57,112 bases of DNA from NCBI RefSeq assembly GCF_001194135.2, contig NC_068983.1, forward strand, positions 76,664,819 to 76,721,930. The letters run 5' to 3'. Under the pieces are notes generated by a model that made no database searches, was not told the DNA's origin, and was given only the letters and a program-made list of their open reading frames with translations. Positions 38,532-50,488 of the stretch are shown here, piece by piece. Each line of letters opens with the position of its first letter. Position 1 is the stretch's first letter. A program made the position numbers and the translations under genes. Source of the stretch: Octopus bimaculoides (lineage: Eukaryota).

Positions 38532-40261
38532 ATACATTTTAAACAGTGACATATAACTATATAGAACGTATTCGGGCACGAATTTCATTGTGGTAGATAT
38601 TCTGAAAAAGGATGGTTTGATTCAGATAAGTGTCAGAACGGCTTTCTACTCTGATGTAAATTCGACTTTGCAATACTGAAGTGTAAGCCCAATGCTGAAT
38701 AAATTTCTTGATACGTTAATGGTTGCGAAATGCGAAAAATATAATTAGATATTATATACTTCACATTTCATATATCTAAATACAGCGAAAACAAAAAATT
38801 GTCACACCAATATCATAGATCATAGCGCATTTAATATTTTTAAAACTAATTCAAAAAGAAGTTGCAAACATCTTGCTTCGCATGACTCTAGCATAGTCAG
38901 GGCAAATAACGTCTACAATCAGACCAGGTTGTAACGTTTCGCAATTCCTTTGATAATTTTCGAAGACAAATATCTTTACGAATATGAACGAATTCTAAAT
39001 TAGGCTTAAGTAGAACGCATACTTAATTTCCAATGTGAAATCACATTGATAATCATAAGGTATAACATTGTGTATATTTAGTCTGGTTGAGAATAATTAT
39101 ATTCTTAAAACTTGAGCCTTTGCTACTCAGTTTTCTACTATATGGAAATAAATATTCACTTGTATTTCCTCATACCAGAGAAAGTATCCCCAGAAATCTT
39201 GAAGTTGTACATAATAAAATAAATATTGCGCAATCAAGAAGTGTTGCGTTGTACGGGATGATTTGCCTTTTGCTTGCTGCTCAAAAAGTTATCTTCCATC
39301 CTGGCCCTTACATCTGGAAGTCAATATTAAACTATAGTCACATATCATAGAATTAATAGATTGAAACATAATATGTTTTGGCCAAGGATGCGATAAATTG
39401 AAGTAATGTTGCAATGTAAACTGCAAGAGGTTTAATGAATAGGAAATACAAAAAATGAAGTCGCACAGTTATTACTCACAATGAAGTCATTTAATTTCAA
39501 ACATTTCATAAATATATATAATCCTCCCTATGGATACTGAAGCCTACTCAGTAGGACTATAATTACTGTAATTTTGTATGAGAAGTAAGCGTATACTTTT
39601 GTAGTATTATTTTATTACAAAACTTTTGCAGTGAAATGTATAAATTTGAAGCGAAAAGACGGAATATGCGATAATACTTTCACTTGCCAGGAACATGTCG
39701 AGAAGCCTGTATATGATTTTGTAACAATTTTTAATGATATAATAAAAGAAACATATTACCTACGATCTTTTTTGTGAATCCGAAGGCAAATTAAAAGAAA
39801 GTGCGATAACTCGAAACTAGACTCTGATAAATTTTACAAGTAAAATAGGTGTAGCACTCTAGAAAAGAACACTCCGTCTGATATGCTGTCTCATAGATTC
39901 TGTCTTAACATTTTACTCAGAAGCCTTTGGTCAACCTGAGTCTGTAACAACAACAGTATACCGTGAACTGGAATCGAAACTGAAACAGTACTATTGCAAA
40001 ACGAAACTCCTAAGTATACACACTTGCTAAAGCCTACCTACTAGGAATATTATCTAAGGTCTGCGCTTTATGGGAACTAACCAGGGATAAAATTTAATAC
40101 AAATAATTCGTAAGATGAAAGCAGAATCCACATGCGGTAGAGTTGGATTTATATTGTGTCAGGAAACATAAACGCTGGTAGTTATTAACTTTATGTCTTC
40201 CGACTTACACGCTAACAGTCCAGCAAGACATACTGTCCCGTACTCCATGATAATAAGCAAC

Positions 40262-40652
40262 GTTGTTGTTGGCACTCCGTCGCTTACAACGTCGTCGAGG
40301 GTTCCAGTTGATCCGATCAACGGAACAGCCTTCTTGTGAAATTAACGTGCAAGTGGGTGAGCATTCCATAGACACGTGTGCCCTTAACGTAGTTCTCGGG
40401 GATATTCAGCATGACGCAGTGTGACAAGGCTGACCCTTTGAATTACAGGCACAACAGAAACAGGAAGTAAGAGTGAGAGAAAGTTGTGGCGAAAGAGTAC
40501 AGCAAGGGTTCGCCACCATCCGTCGCCGGAGCCTCGTGAAGCTTTAGGTGTTTTCGCTCAATAAACACTCACAACGCCCGGTCTGGTAATCGAAACCGCG
40601 ATCCTATGACCGCGAGTCTGCTGCCTTAACCACTGGGCCATTGCGCCTCCAC
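40262..40652 (-). mobile_element. tRNA-derived SINE, family C, apparently full length with TSD
   Basis: Minus-strand head GTGGAGGCGCAATGGCCCAGTGGTTAAGGCAGCAGACTCGCGGTCATAGGATCGCGGTTTCGATTACC and a (CAA)n tail. AATAAGCAAC is repeated at 40252-40261 and 40656-40665. Confidence 0.85.
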
Positions 40653-41446
40653 AACAATAAGCAACACATAATAATAAACAACATAGCTAGGTATACGAAT
40701 ATGTTTAGCTTGCTGACAATAGAAATCGAATATGTTTCAAATGAATCCTCCCATCTTAAAAGCAAAGGGCATCTTGGATAATAGACAGTGTGTCTGAATA
40801 GCTAAGAAGATGAACACAGCTATGTTGTCTTTCAATGTAGGTCTCGCCATAACAATTAACTAACAACAATATCTTGTTCCACATGCACCAGTCAAGTACA
40901 CTATCCATTTTCAATAGCATAACTTCATTGATGTGAAGTCAAACCCTAGACAATACGTACGTAGAGACATCCATAATGAGAGAGAAATCATGATTGATTT
41001 TAAGTGAAACTATTTTACGTAAGTTTAGTATTGATACAGCGGTGTCGTTAAAGATGTACATGCATATTATAATTAAAATCTACTAAGAAGGCATGTCTTA
41101 TTTTAGGTGGGAGGGAAGTGTTTTTTTAGTAGTTTTATTTTAATGTTGATAAGCATATTAGTTGCATAAGTGAAATGAAAGAGATAAAGCAGGAAACATC
41201 GACTTGGGTCACATATTTCGGTGAATTGGAAGTTGCTGTCCACATCATAACACTCACCATATAAACCTTATATATGTTTGTTTTTTATTACATAAGTTAC
41301 AATATGATACGTTATTGTGCTCTTGACTTGATGCGATTTTGCAATAGTGCAATTTTAATGTAGTATCTCGTCAGGAATTGAAATCGACTTACATAAATAA
41401 TTGAGTGTGTGCGTCATTTTTCAATTTTCTATTTGACATCCATGAG

Positions 41447-41625
41447 TAATAATGGTTTAAAATTTTGGCACAAGGTCAGCAACTTTGAGTGCATGTGTGT
41501 ATGGGGCAGTGTAAGTCAATAGAATCGACCCTATGTTCACTCTGTACTTCTTTTATTCATCCATAAATGATGAACGGTAAAATCGTCATCGGCGGCATAT
41601 GAACTCAGAACGTAAAGAGCCGGAA
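41447..41625 (-). mobile_element. SINE family A, 5'-truncated (tail type 2)
   Basis: GAACTCAGAACGTAAAG and body remnants; minus-strand tail CCTTGTGCCAAAATTTTAAACCATTATTA. Confidence 0.7.
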
Positions 41626-41767
41626 TATATGTTTTCCAGACAACTTGCACATGCAAGTGCTACCAGTCGAAAGCTCCGCATACTGGAAGCCAGTAAGTGT
41701 ATGGGATCATGAGGAGAGAATGCGCGCCGTTTCGGGGCCTACCACTCTACGGCAACATTGCGCACCG
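41625..41767. repeat. Unclassified 143-bp repeat, copy 1 (inverted relative to 56334-56476)
   Basis: Ungapped manual alignment with the reverse complement of 56334-56476 gives 120/143 identities. Confidence 0.9.
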
Positions 41768-42318
41768 AGTCCCCTCCTGATATGAGGCTCCATTTTGTCT
41801 GGTGCCGTTTCAGTTCTGCCAATACATCCATGCGTGATAATGAAGAATCTTTTTTTGATTGTGTATTGTCTATTCAAAATCGAGATGTATACTCAGTGGC
41901 ATTTATTTTTCAATCTCTTTATACATAGAAACGAAAGATAATGATTAGTAAATCATATAGGTGTTGATGATGTACATAAACATCTGATAAAGAAATCTCC
42001 TGCTTAGATAGAAACAACAAAACTTCTAGCATCAATGCTGAGAAACAACACAGAAAAGAACTCATTAACAAAAATTTGAAAACGTATTTAAAATAATTGT
42101 AAGTAAAATAAATATGCTCGCTAGTAAAGAATGTGACAACAATAAGCATGTTCTGGCATATCACCGACACCTTGGAGTTAGCGCGAAAGTCGCTTGATCA
42201 ATAGTTAGTTCTTATATATTGAGATGCCTGTAGATAGAAAGTAAGGAAAATATTTCATCGGCAGTAATTTGCATAATATCCTTCGCATTGACAAAATAGT
42301 TCATTTCACGTTGCCCCA

Positions 42319-42385
42319 ATCCACTCAGCTGGCAAAAACTAAGTAAACGAGCGATGAACGGTGTCCCATCCAGTGGGACATATAT
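42319..42385 (+). mobile_element. Possible degenerate SINE central-domain remnant
   Basis: CCACTCAGCTGGCAAAA..CGATGAACGGTGTCCCATCCAGTGGG resembles recalled SINE core motifs. Not verified. Confidence 0.25.
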
Positions 42386-43327
42386 ACGTAATAAAGACGG
42401 GGGAACCGATTCGATGCGTCAATGACATTCAGTGTATTGCGTGCTATCAATTCTGGCTGCTCACCACCTTAGAATACATCTAATACTGACACCATTGAAT
42501 GGTTTATCTATCGAGACTTGACTGTAAGTAGCTAAATAAATAAAGTTTATTTCTTTCCTCTTTTTGTTCGAATAATTGTTAAAATGTGTTTCACTTCCGA
42601 ACTGCAATTTCTTTAAAAAAAAAAGTGTTAATACAATTCAATGAAAGAAAATAGCGGCCCAAGATAATTTGCAACAAGATCGAACTGAGAATGTTGGGAT
42701 TCAGAAGAAATATATTGTAAACTTGTTCATTCCCCGAAATTATTAATTTACGTCGTACAAAAATAAACCGATATTCTCATCAGAATTCACCAGAAAAGGT
42801 CTAAAAAAATTGAAAATACGTAAAGAAGAAAGATAAAGATGAAAGGGGTCTTACACTGTGTTTTCTGATAACACAAGCCTGCATATTGACGTTATATCTT
42901 TTTTTAACAATCAATTATTTACTTCCAGGTGTATTCAATTACTTTGCGGCAATAATTAACTATAACAAATACAGAAACAATTAAAGCAAAAATTCCATTG
43001 CATGTTTACTTGTCCTTAAGAAGATAGCAGGACTGTATGCGTATGTATCTATGTTTGATCGTTATGTTATGGTACAAGCCTGTGAGCAATGATGTGTATG
43101 TGTGTGTCTATATTTATTCATCTATTTGTTTTTTTTTTGTTTTTGTTTTTTTCATACATTTGGCATCTGTTTAAGAAATATTCCAAGTATTTTCAGAAAC
43201 CTTTATAAACAGTAATAAAAGGATTCGCAACTTTTTTTCCCAATTGTTTATTTAATTTAAATGTTGCGAAAGCGAATTAGCAAAATAAGAAGATCGACAG
43301 GTGTGTATGAGAAAGAAAGAGAGATAA

Positions 43328-43359
<32 letters not shown>

Positions 43360-43789
43360 TGTGTGTGATTGTCTGACTGTGTATATGTGCCTATTTTACA
43401 GCTAATTTCGGTATTCTTTAAATATTTAGCTCTTCTGTTTTCAATACGTTGAAACCGGTAAACAATTACAGAAAGAAATTAGTTGACTGCTATGACTGTG
43501 ACGTAGTCTTTGAATATTTTACAAGTTCATTTCGCTCAAAATGCTTTATTTAAACATATTTTTTCCACATTCCTCATAATCTTCATTTTCTTTTATACGG
43601 CAAATATTCCGATATCTCGCTGTCTTTTCCCTATATACATGCATACATACATACATACATACATACACACATACATACATACATACACACATACATTCAT
43701 ACATACATACGTACGTGAGTGAGTGTGAAATCAAATCTGAATGCAATGAACTTCGTTTGCTATAAGACGTAGTGTACCTGCAGATCTTA

Positions 43790-43854
43790 GTGCTTCTACA
43801 TCACCTTATTTCTTCTTCAGGCTCCAAGGAAGCTATAAGGTGATGCAGAAGAAC
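43790..43854 (+). ncRNA. Candidate pre-miRNA-like / ADAR-substrate hairpin
   Basis: 28-position stem with 24 pairs (23 WC + 1 GU), 4 mismatches and a 9-nt loop, counted by hand. Confidence 0.4.
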
Positions 43855-43860
43855 CCAGTT
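43821..43860 (+). other. Candidate 40-nt exon followed by a 92-nt GT-AG intron
   Basis: Acceptor ccttatttcttcttcAG, donor GTGAGT (43861), CTAAT branch-like site (43908-43912), long pyrimidine tract and tttcAG (43952). One frame is open: LQGSYKVMQKNPV. Confidence 0.4.
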
Positions 43861-44050
43861 GTGAGTCCACTGCATTTTATAGCAAAAAGAGCAGTAAACA
43901 GATGAAACTAATTACATAAGTTCCTGTTCCTTTCACTTTTATTTTATTTCAGATTACGCTGTAGTTGACTAACGCTTTAGTCTGTTTATATGTTGAAATT
44001 TAACGGATCTATTCCATTTCAATCACAGTGTATAAGGGAGTGAAAGTAAC

Positions 44051-44168
44051 GAATGCATGGTGCTGACTAGAAAGGAAGAAAGGGTAAAGGTGACGAATAG
44101 TGGGAGGGAAAGAGTAAGGAATGCACGGTGCTGACTAGAAAGGAAGGAATGATATGGGTGACGAATAG
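44051..44168 (+). repeat. 68-bp-period tandem duplication (~1.7 copies)
   Basis: GAATGCA(T/C)GGTGCTGACTAGAAAGGAAG..GGTGACGAATAG at 44051 and 44119. Confidence 0.9.
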
Positions 44169-44497
44169 AACAGATTGGTGACATTTAGTAGAGATGACAC
44201 AGAAGTTGATCCTTTTCGATTACTATCGCAAACATCAGTAGTTTTTTTTCAACCGAATACACGTCGTTGATTGGTTGAAATTACCCAAATACGACAACTT
44301 TAACACGAAATAACTTCTAAAATAGGAACTTTTATCAAAAACGTTCATAGTAAACCGTGTTTTACGTGAGAAATTCTACCAGTTTTCGGAGTTTTGAACA
44401 TTATTTAAAAAAAAAATTAATTAAAAAATCTGTGATTGAGATGGACTAGATCCGGTGTAACACCATGTTCTTCGTATCGTAATGCCTCAGCGAAAAG

Positions 44498-44516
44498 TGT
44501 GTGTGTGTGTATGTGT

Positions 44517-44599
<83 letters not shown>

Positions 44600-44605
44600 T
44601 GTGTG
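44498..44605. repeat. (TG)n microsatellite
   Basis: Directly visible. Confidence 0.97.
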
Positions 44606-45922
44606 TTACTGGTAGCATGTAATCCAGAAAAGATTTTTACATGCTCGGGCTATCGGCTACTAAAACTATGTTGTGGCAATAGCAACTAAGTTAGGAATTG
44701 GAGAACTCTGAAAACAAAAGAGCGTGGGATGTCGATCATTGATTTTGTGACATATATTTTCACTACCTCTCCGATACTAGCATTTCAGAAAACTGTGGCT
44801 GGTCGTTTCACAAATCGTCATTACTATAAACAAATCATGTTTGTGAGTATCTTAACAGCTATAATACTGTCTATGCAATTCTACCGCTATACAAAATCCC
44901 ACCAAACTCTTGAACACCTGATCAGTTGTAAGAAAGTTAAGTTTATTATTTTCATTGAAAGATGTTACTACCAGCCATAGTTGGAGTTCTATACAGCACA
45001 TCTATTTCATGATGCCTGTTTATTCGCAAAGTATCCGGACATTGCGCCGTCTGCGATCTCTAGTGATGTTAAAGTAGATTTATTCAGATAAAGTACTACT
45101 TTTCCTATGCAAAAAGATTGAACAATAGAATGAATCTTAAATACTACTTGCTCATATTTCTAAGTAGGCAGCCTGCTGCATCTGTCTGGTAATTCAATAA
45201 TAATTGGCAATTTAATAACAAAAAGAAATGTAACAGCAGAAATCGGTACACTCCAAGATAGTTATTCCTCCCTAAAGGGAAAAAAGACTGTAGGAATGAC
45301 AATATTTCATGCTCGACATAAATATAGAACTGCCATTTCTGCAGCCTGTGAAGCTCATCTAATTTTGGTGGAGAATACTCCTTGGTCTGGATTGGTAGAC
45401 CCAAAACCCAAAGATGTCCGCCTTGCAATCATTTGAGGTCCTATTAAATGTCTGCATTGCTATCAAATCACGTCTCAAGAAATCCCTATCTTCACTTTCT
45501 TCTGAAATCAAAACACATACATGAAATAAATACAATTTGCTAACTCTATCTTCTGATACATTTTCACGATATACACTGTCAGCTATACTGTGGATTTTCG
45601 GATTACTAGCGCAATGGCGTCCTGGGTGACATCACTACCCTTCAATAGCCACTTTTAGATAGCCACCATCTGCGGAAGTGTTTCATGAAGTAAACTTCTG
45701 GATCATATAACCAACCACTCTCTGTATGTATGTATGTATGGATGGATGGATGGATGGATGTACGTTTTTATGTATATTACCAAAATAATATCTAAACACA
45801 TCTTATACAATATGAGCGCAATGTGAGTATTACAACCTCATTCAAATTATTTCATCTTTCATTAATCTATTGTTATACCATAGCTAGATAGGTACTGTTC
45901 CTCTGAATTGTAATGCACTATC

Positions 45923-46136
45923 TTATCCTTTCTACTATAGGCAAAAGGTTGGGAATTTTGCGAGAGGGGACTAGTCAATTACATCGACTCCTGTGCTTCA
46001 CTGGTACTTATTTTCTCGACCTCAAAAAGGTAAATGTAAAGGTCGACTTAGGTGAAACTTAAACTCAGAAAGTGAAGACGGGGGAAATGCTGCTAAACAT
46101 TCTATCCGGTGTGTTAATGAATCTCCCAGCCAACCG
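45923..46136 (-). mobile_element. SINE family A, diverged (tail type 1)
   Basis: CTGGTACTTATTTTCTCGACC, GGTCGACTT and AAACTCAGAA remnants; minus-strand tail TTTGCCTATAGTAGAAAGGA. Confidence 0.75.
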
Positions 46137-47515
46137 TATTATTTTTATATCATATCGCAACTGTGAAACGCTTGTATAATTGATCTTCCTATATTGCTTT
46201 CTAACTACACTGTTGTACTCACTAGATTTTATTATACAATTTTCTTTAAAAGGATAAAAGCAGAAATTTAAGTGCAGATTATTTAATCGGCAATTATATT
46301 TTCCTCAACACATATACAAATGATGAAAATAACCTTATAAACTTCTGTATGCTATCCAATTTCAAATTTTAGATGACATATCCCCTATAGTTTATGGGAT
46401 ATTAGTCGGGCTAAATCTTGATATTTAAAGACTTGTCCAAATTTCACAAACTAGAAAAAATCTCGAGTTATTGTTTAAATGCATCTTAGCTGTCAATGAT
46501 AGAAGTACTATTATATTAGAATTATATCAACCACCTGCATTACAAATGTTAACTTTTAGTTGACAGTGTGCAAAAAAGAAAACATTTTCTTATCATCGTT
46601 TATTCATAGCTTTTATATAATGTGTAATAGATCACTTCATTCCTCAACAAATAACACAACGTCTTTTTGTGAGGAAATGTATAATAAAGAGTGCAAACAT
46701 TTCTTCAAAGTATAGACAATACTTCTACCTGTGACTTCTGTTCAAATGCAAATTACGCACGAAATATCCCTAACATCACTTTGTTGAAATATCAGCTGAC
46801 GTGTTTTTATTTTATAGATTTGTCAAGAAAAAATTATGCATTTTCAACGGGCAACTGGACAGAATAAAAATACATAACAATGTAAACGAACAAGTGTATT
46901 TTAAGAGTTCCACTACCTTTAGCACTCCTGTAAATGAAATGATATTTTCAAATGCTAGTAAATTATGTCCTAACCAAGGTTTGGACAAAACTAATTATTA
47001 GTTGATATAAAAGAAATGAAAACAATATTTTTAATATAATTAAATATGAAATTAAATTACAGTCCATTCTATATTATTTCACTGAATCATACTTTTAAAC
47101 AAACTTTAAGTATTCCATTAGTCCTTTGGTAAAAAGCAAAACAATTCTTGTATAGAGATAGCTTTGAAAAAGAATTGTCAAGGAAAGCTACTAAAGCAAT
47201 TATAAGAAAAGTTCATTATATTTCTATTTTATTTCAGGCAATGAAACTGAAATTAAAGCTAGTCTTAAAATTATATCAATTTTTCTAGAATAGAAAGAGA
47301 AATTTAATTAAAAATTTCCTTCTACATTGCAAAACTTAATGGATGAAATATAAACATTGAATCATTTACCAGGACACCCAATACCAGTAACATACTGATG
47401 TGCAATTCAATTGACAAAAACTGCCGTAAATATAAACGGCATTTTGAAAATGGGTGAAATTAAAAATATTGAAAAGTAAAATACTACTCAGCTTGATAAC
47501 GTTAAGTTTTATACC

Positions 47516-47651
47516 GTGATTTCAAATGTTGGTACAATACCAGCAATGTCGTGGGGGGAAAAAGTCGATGACATCGACCCCAGTGATAACACTATTATTT
47601 ATTTTATCAATCCCGAAAGAATGAAAGGCAAATTCGACCTCGTCGGAATTT
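47516..47651 (-). mobile_element. SINE family A, partial (tail type 2)
   Basis: AAGTCGATGACATCGACCCCAGT..CCCGAAAGAATGAAAGGCAAATTCGACCTCGTCGGAATTT. Confidence 0.75.
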
Positions 47652-47856
47652 TCTTTTTATGTAATAATAAAAATACAATGCACGGCTAATATATTACAAA
47701 TGGATATTTGGCATGGAAAACCATTGTTGTTTAAATTTTAAAAAAATACAGTGGGCCCGAGCAGGAAGAAGTCCCGTGGGAATTTGGGGCCATTCATTTG
47801 TGGGCAACACAGTATCTTTATGATAATTTAGAAACTAACATTTTCTTCAGTACCGA

Positions 47857-48058
47857 AATATGGATTTCAAATTTTGCAACAAGGCCAGCAATTTCAGCAG
47901 GAGGAGTAAGTCGATTACATCAACTGGTACTTTTTTTATTGAATCCGACAGGATGAAAGGCAAGTCGACCTGGGCAGTATATGAAATCAAGACATAGAAG
48001 GATGAAATGCTGCAAAGCAATTTGCCCGGCGTTCTAACGATTGTGTCAGATCGCCGTC
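47857..48058 (-). mobile_element. SINE family A, diverged (tail type 2)
   Basis: GGATTTCAAATTTTGCAACAAGGCCAGC tail, GGATGAAAGGCAAGTCGACC body and CCCGGCGTTCTAACG head remnant. Confidence 0.75.
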
Positions 48059-48562
48059 TTTTACTACCAAACTATTAACAACGTGTACTATGAATTTATT
48101 TCATATTGCCTAAATAAAGGGATGTTTGTAAAATAAATATCTTTGCAAATGCTATCAAGGAAACCATGCGTGCAGAGCATTGAGGGATTGCATTGATTGT
48201 ACATGCATGTATAAGCAAATGCCTAGCGAATCTAACAAATATTTCTATGACATCCTTCGGTCATGTGTATCAATTCATCTACAAATCTATACATGCTTTA
48301 ATTTGTGAAAAAGTGTTTAACGTTTCGAGACTACGCTCTCCCACAGAAAGGAAAACAGAAAGAAACAATGTTAGCTGACTTAGAGGTTAAAATAACAGTC
48401 TAAGAGATAGAAGTATCTATTATACTACCGGTATATTACCTATGTGTAAACATGTGCATACAAATACAAGCATAATAATCTCAGAAATTATACGTAAAGA
48501 CAAGGACAAATTCTGTTGTTTTCCTTAAATTTATCAAGAATCAAGATTTAAATGAAACTGGA

Positions 48563-49073
48563 AATGGAGAAATATTAATGAACAACAATTGAAATACATA
48601 AATTATTATTTATTAATTCAATAGAAATAGACTGCATCACACCTAATAGCTGTTCCTGCTTTCAATGTTGCATGGTATTGACCTTGATATGCTAAATATA
48701 TTTATCATATTTGGTAATACAACCGATCTGAAACATAGAGCTTCATCAGAGTGAATAATAAATAAAGAAGAAGAAGAGCATAGAGAAGAAAATGGGAAAA
48801 GTTTAATATGTTTTTAATCATACAATTTTGCTTATGTATGTATGTGGGATGTTAAGTAAAACATGAATAAACTTAAATAGTAATTGGTGGATTAATGCTT
48901 TGTATGGTGGGGATAGGATGGACAAATAATATAAAAATAAGAAAAAACGTAATAGTGGGATACGCCAATAGGTTTTAATCGGAGAAGGCGTGAAGGTACA
49001 ATGAGGTTTTTGATTAATCATGATTCATAATAATCATGTTTGTAGTACTAATTAATAATATTTATTGTAATAA
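48563..49073 (-). repeat. Left arm of a long inverted repeat
   Basis: Its reverse complement aligns colinearly with 49512-50020, including an exact 25-bp block (48707-48731 vs 49851-49875) and a 22-bp block (49036-49057 vs 49528-49549). Confidence 0.92.
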
Positions 49074-49511
49074 AATGGTAATGGATTAAATGTACACTAG
49101 TAGATGGTTTAAGCCCTTCCACCTGTTTTCCGAAGTGAGATAAACCAAGGTCCCACGTTCGATGCAATTGTTCAGTTGAAATTTAAAAACAAAAGACCAG
49201 CTATTGAGACCGTTATACGGGGTAAGATAAATAAGTAATTCAATGGGAAATTTTGTATGCAGTATGGGGCCCTAAAACGCTTAGAACAGTATATACTAGA
49301 TTTTAAAAAAATAATATTATGAGATAAATATTAAGAGATAAACTTGCTCCAAAATTTTTTAAAATAGGAATGTGAAATTAGCAAAAAACAATGAAACAAA
49401 TTTATTCCGTAGGAAATAGGGAAATGTTTATGGTTAAGGGGAGGTAATAACTAAGATAAGAGGCCTAAATTGGAGACTGCTTGTCTGCCATCCAGTGCAC
49501 CTGATCACTGA

Positions 49512-50020
49512 TTATTATAATAAATGCTATTAATTAGTACTACAAACATAATTATTATGAATTATTATGATTAATCAAAAACCTTATTGCAACTTCACTA
49601 CTTCTCCCACTAAAACTTATTAACATATCTCACTATTATTTTTTACTTTTTACTATTGTATTATTTATACATCCTATCAACCCTATACAAAGAATTAACT
49701 CACCAATTACTATTTGTAAGTTTAGTCATTTACTTAACGTCCCAAAGATAGAGATAACCAAAATGGTATGATTTCAACCATATGAAACTGTTCCTTGTTC
49801 TTCTCTTTGCTCTTCTTCATTTATTCTTCACTCTGATGAAGTTCCATATCTCAGATCGGTTGTATTACCAAATATCGTAAATAATTTTAGCATATCAATG
49901 GCAATACCATACAACATCGAAAGCAGAATCAGCTGTTAGATGGGATGCAGTCTATTTGTATTGAACTGATAAATAATAAAAAAAAGTAATTCAATTGTTG
50001 TTAATCAGTATTTCTCCATT
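49512..50020 (+). repeat. Right arm of a long inverted repeat
   Basis: See left arm. It ends just before the (TA)n/N gap. Confidence 0.92.
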
Positions 50021-50029
50021 CTCTGTTGA

Positions 50030-50488
50030 TATATATATATATATANNNNNNNNNNNNNNNNNNNNNNNNNNNNNNNNNNNNNNNNNNNNNNNNNNNNNNN
50101 NNNNNNNNNNNNNNNNNNNNNNNNNNNNNNNNNNNNNNNNNNNNNNNNNNNNNNNNNNNNNNNNNNNNNNNNNNNNNNNNNNNNNNNNNNNNNNNNNNNN
50201 NNNNNNNNNNNNNNNNNNNNNNNNNNNNNNNNNNNNNNNNNNNNNNNNNNNNNNNNNNNNNNNNNNNNNNNNNNNNNNNNNNNNNNNNNNNNNNNNNNNN
50301 NNNNNNNNNNNNNNNNNNNNNNNNNNNNNNNNNNNNNNNNNNNNNNNNNNNNNNNNNNNNNNNNNNNNNNNNNNNNNNNNNNNNNNNNNNNNNNNNNNNN
50401 NNNNNNNNNNNNNNNNNNNNNNNNNNNNNNNNNNNNNNNNNNNNNNNNNNNNNNNNNNNNNATATATATACATATATATATATATAGG
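50030..50488. repeat. (TA)n microsatellite spanning N gap 50046-50460
   Basis: Directly visible. Confidence 0.95.

Noticed and set aside
44168-44497. Stretch resembling a recalled non-autonomous Helitron/MITE-like repeat (also ~2160-2460 and 36170-36345)
   Set aside because: No termini, hairpin or second copy could be verified in this window; it needs a Dfam or BLAST check.
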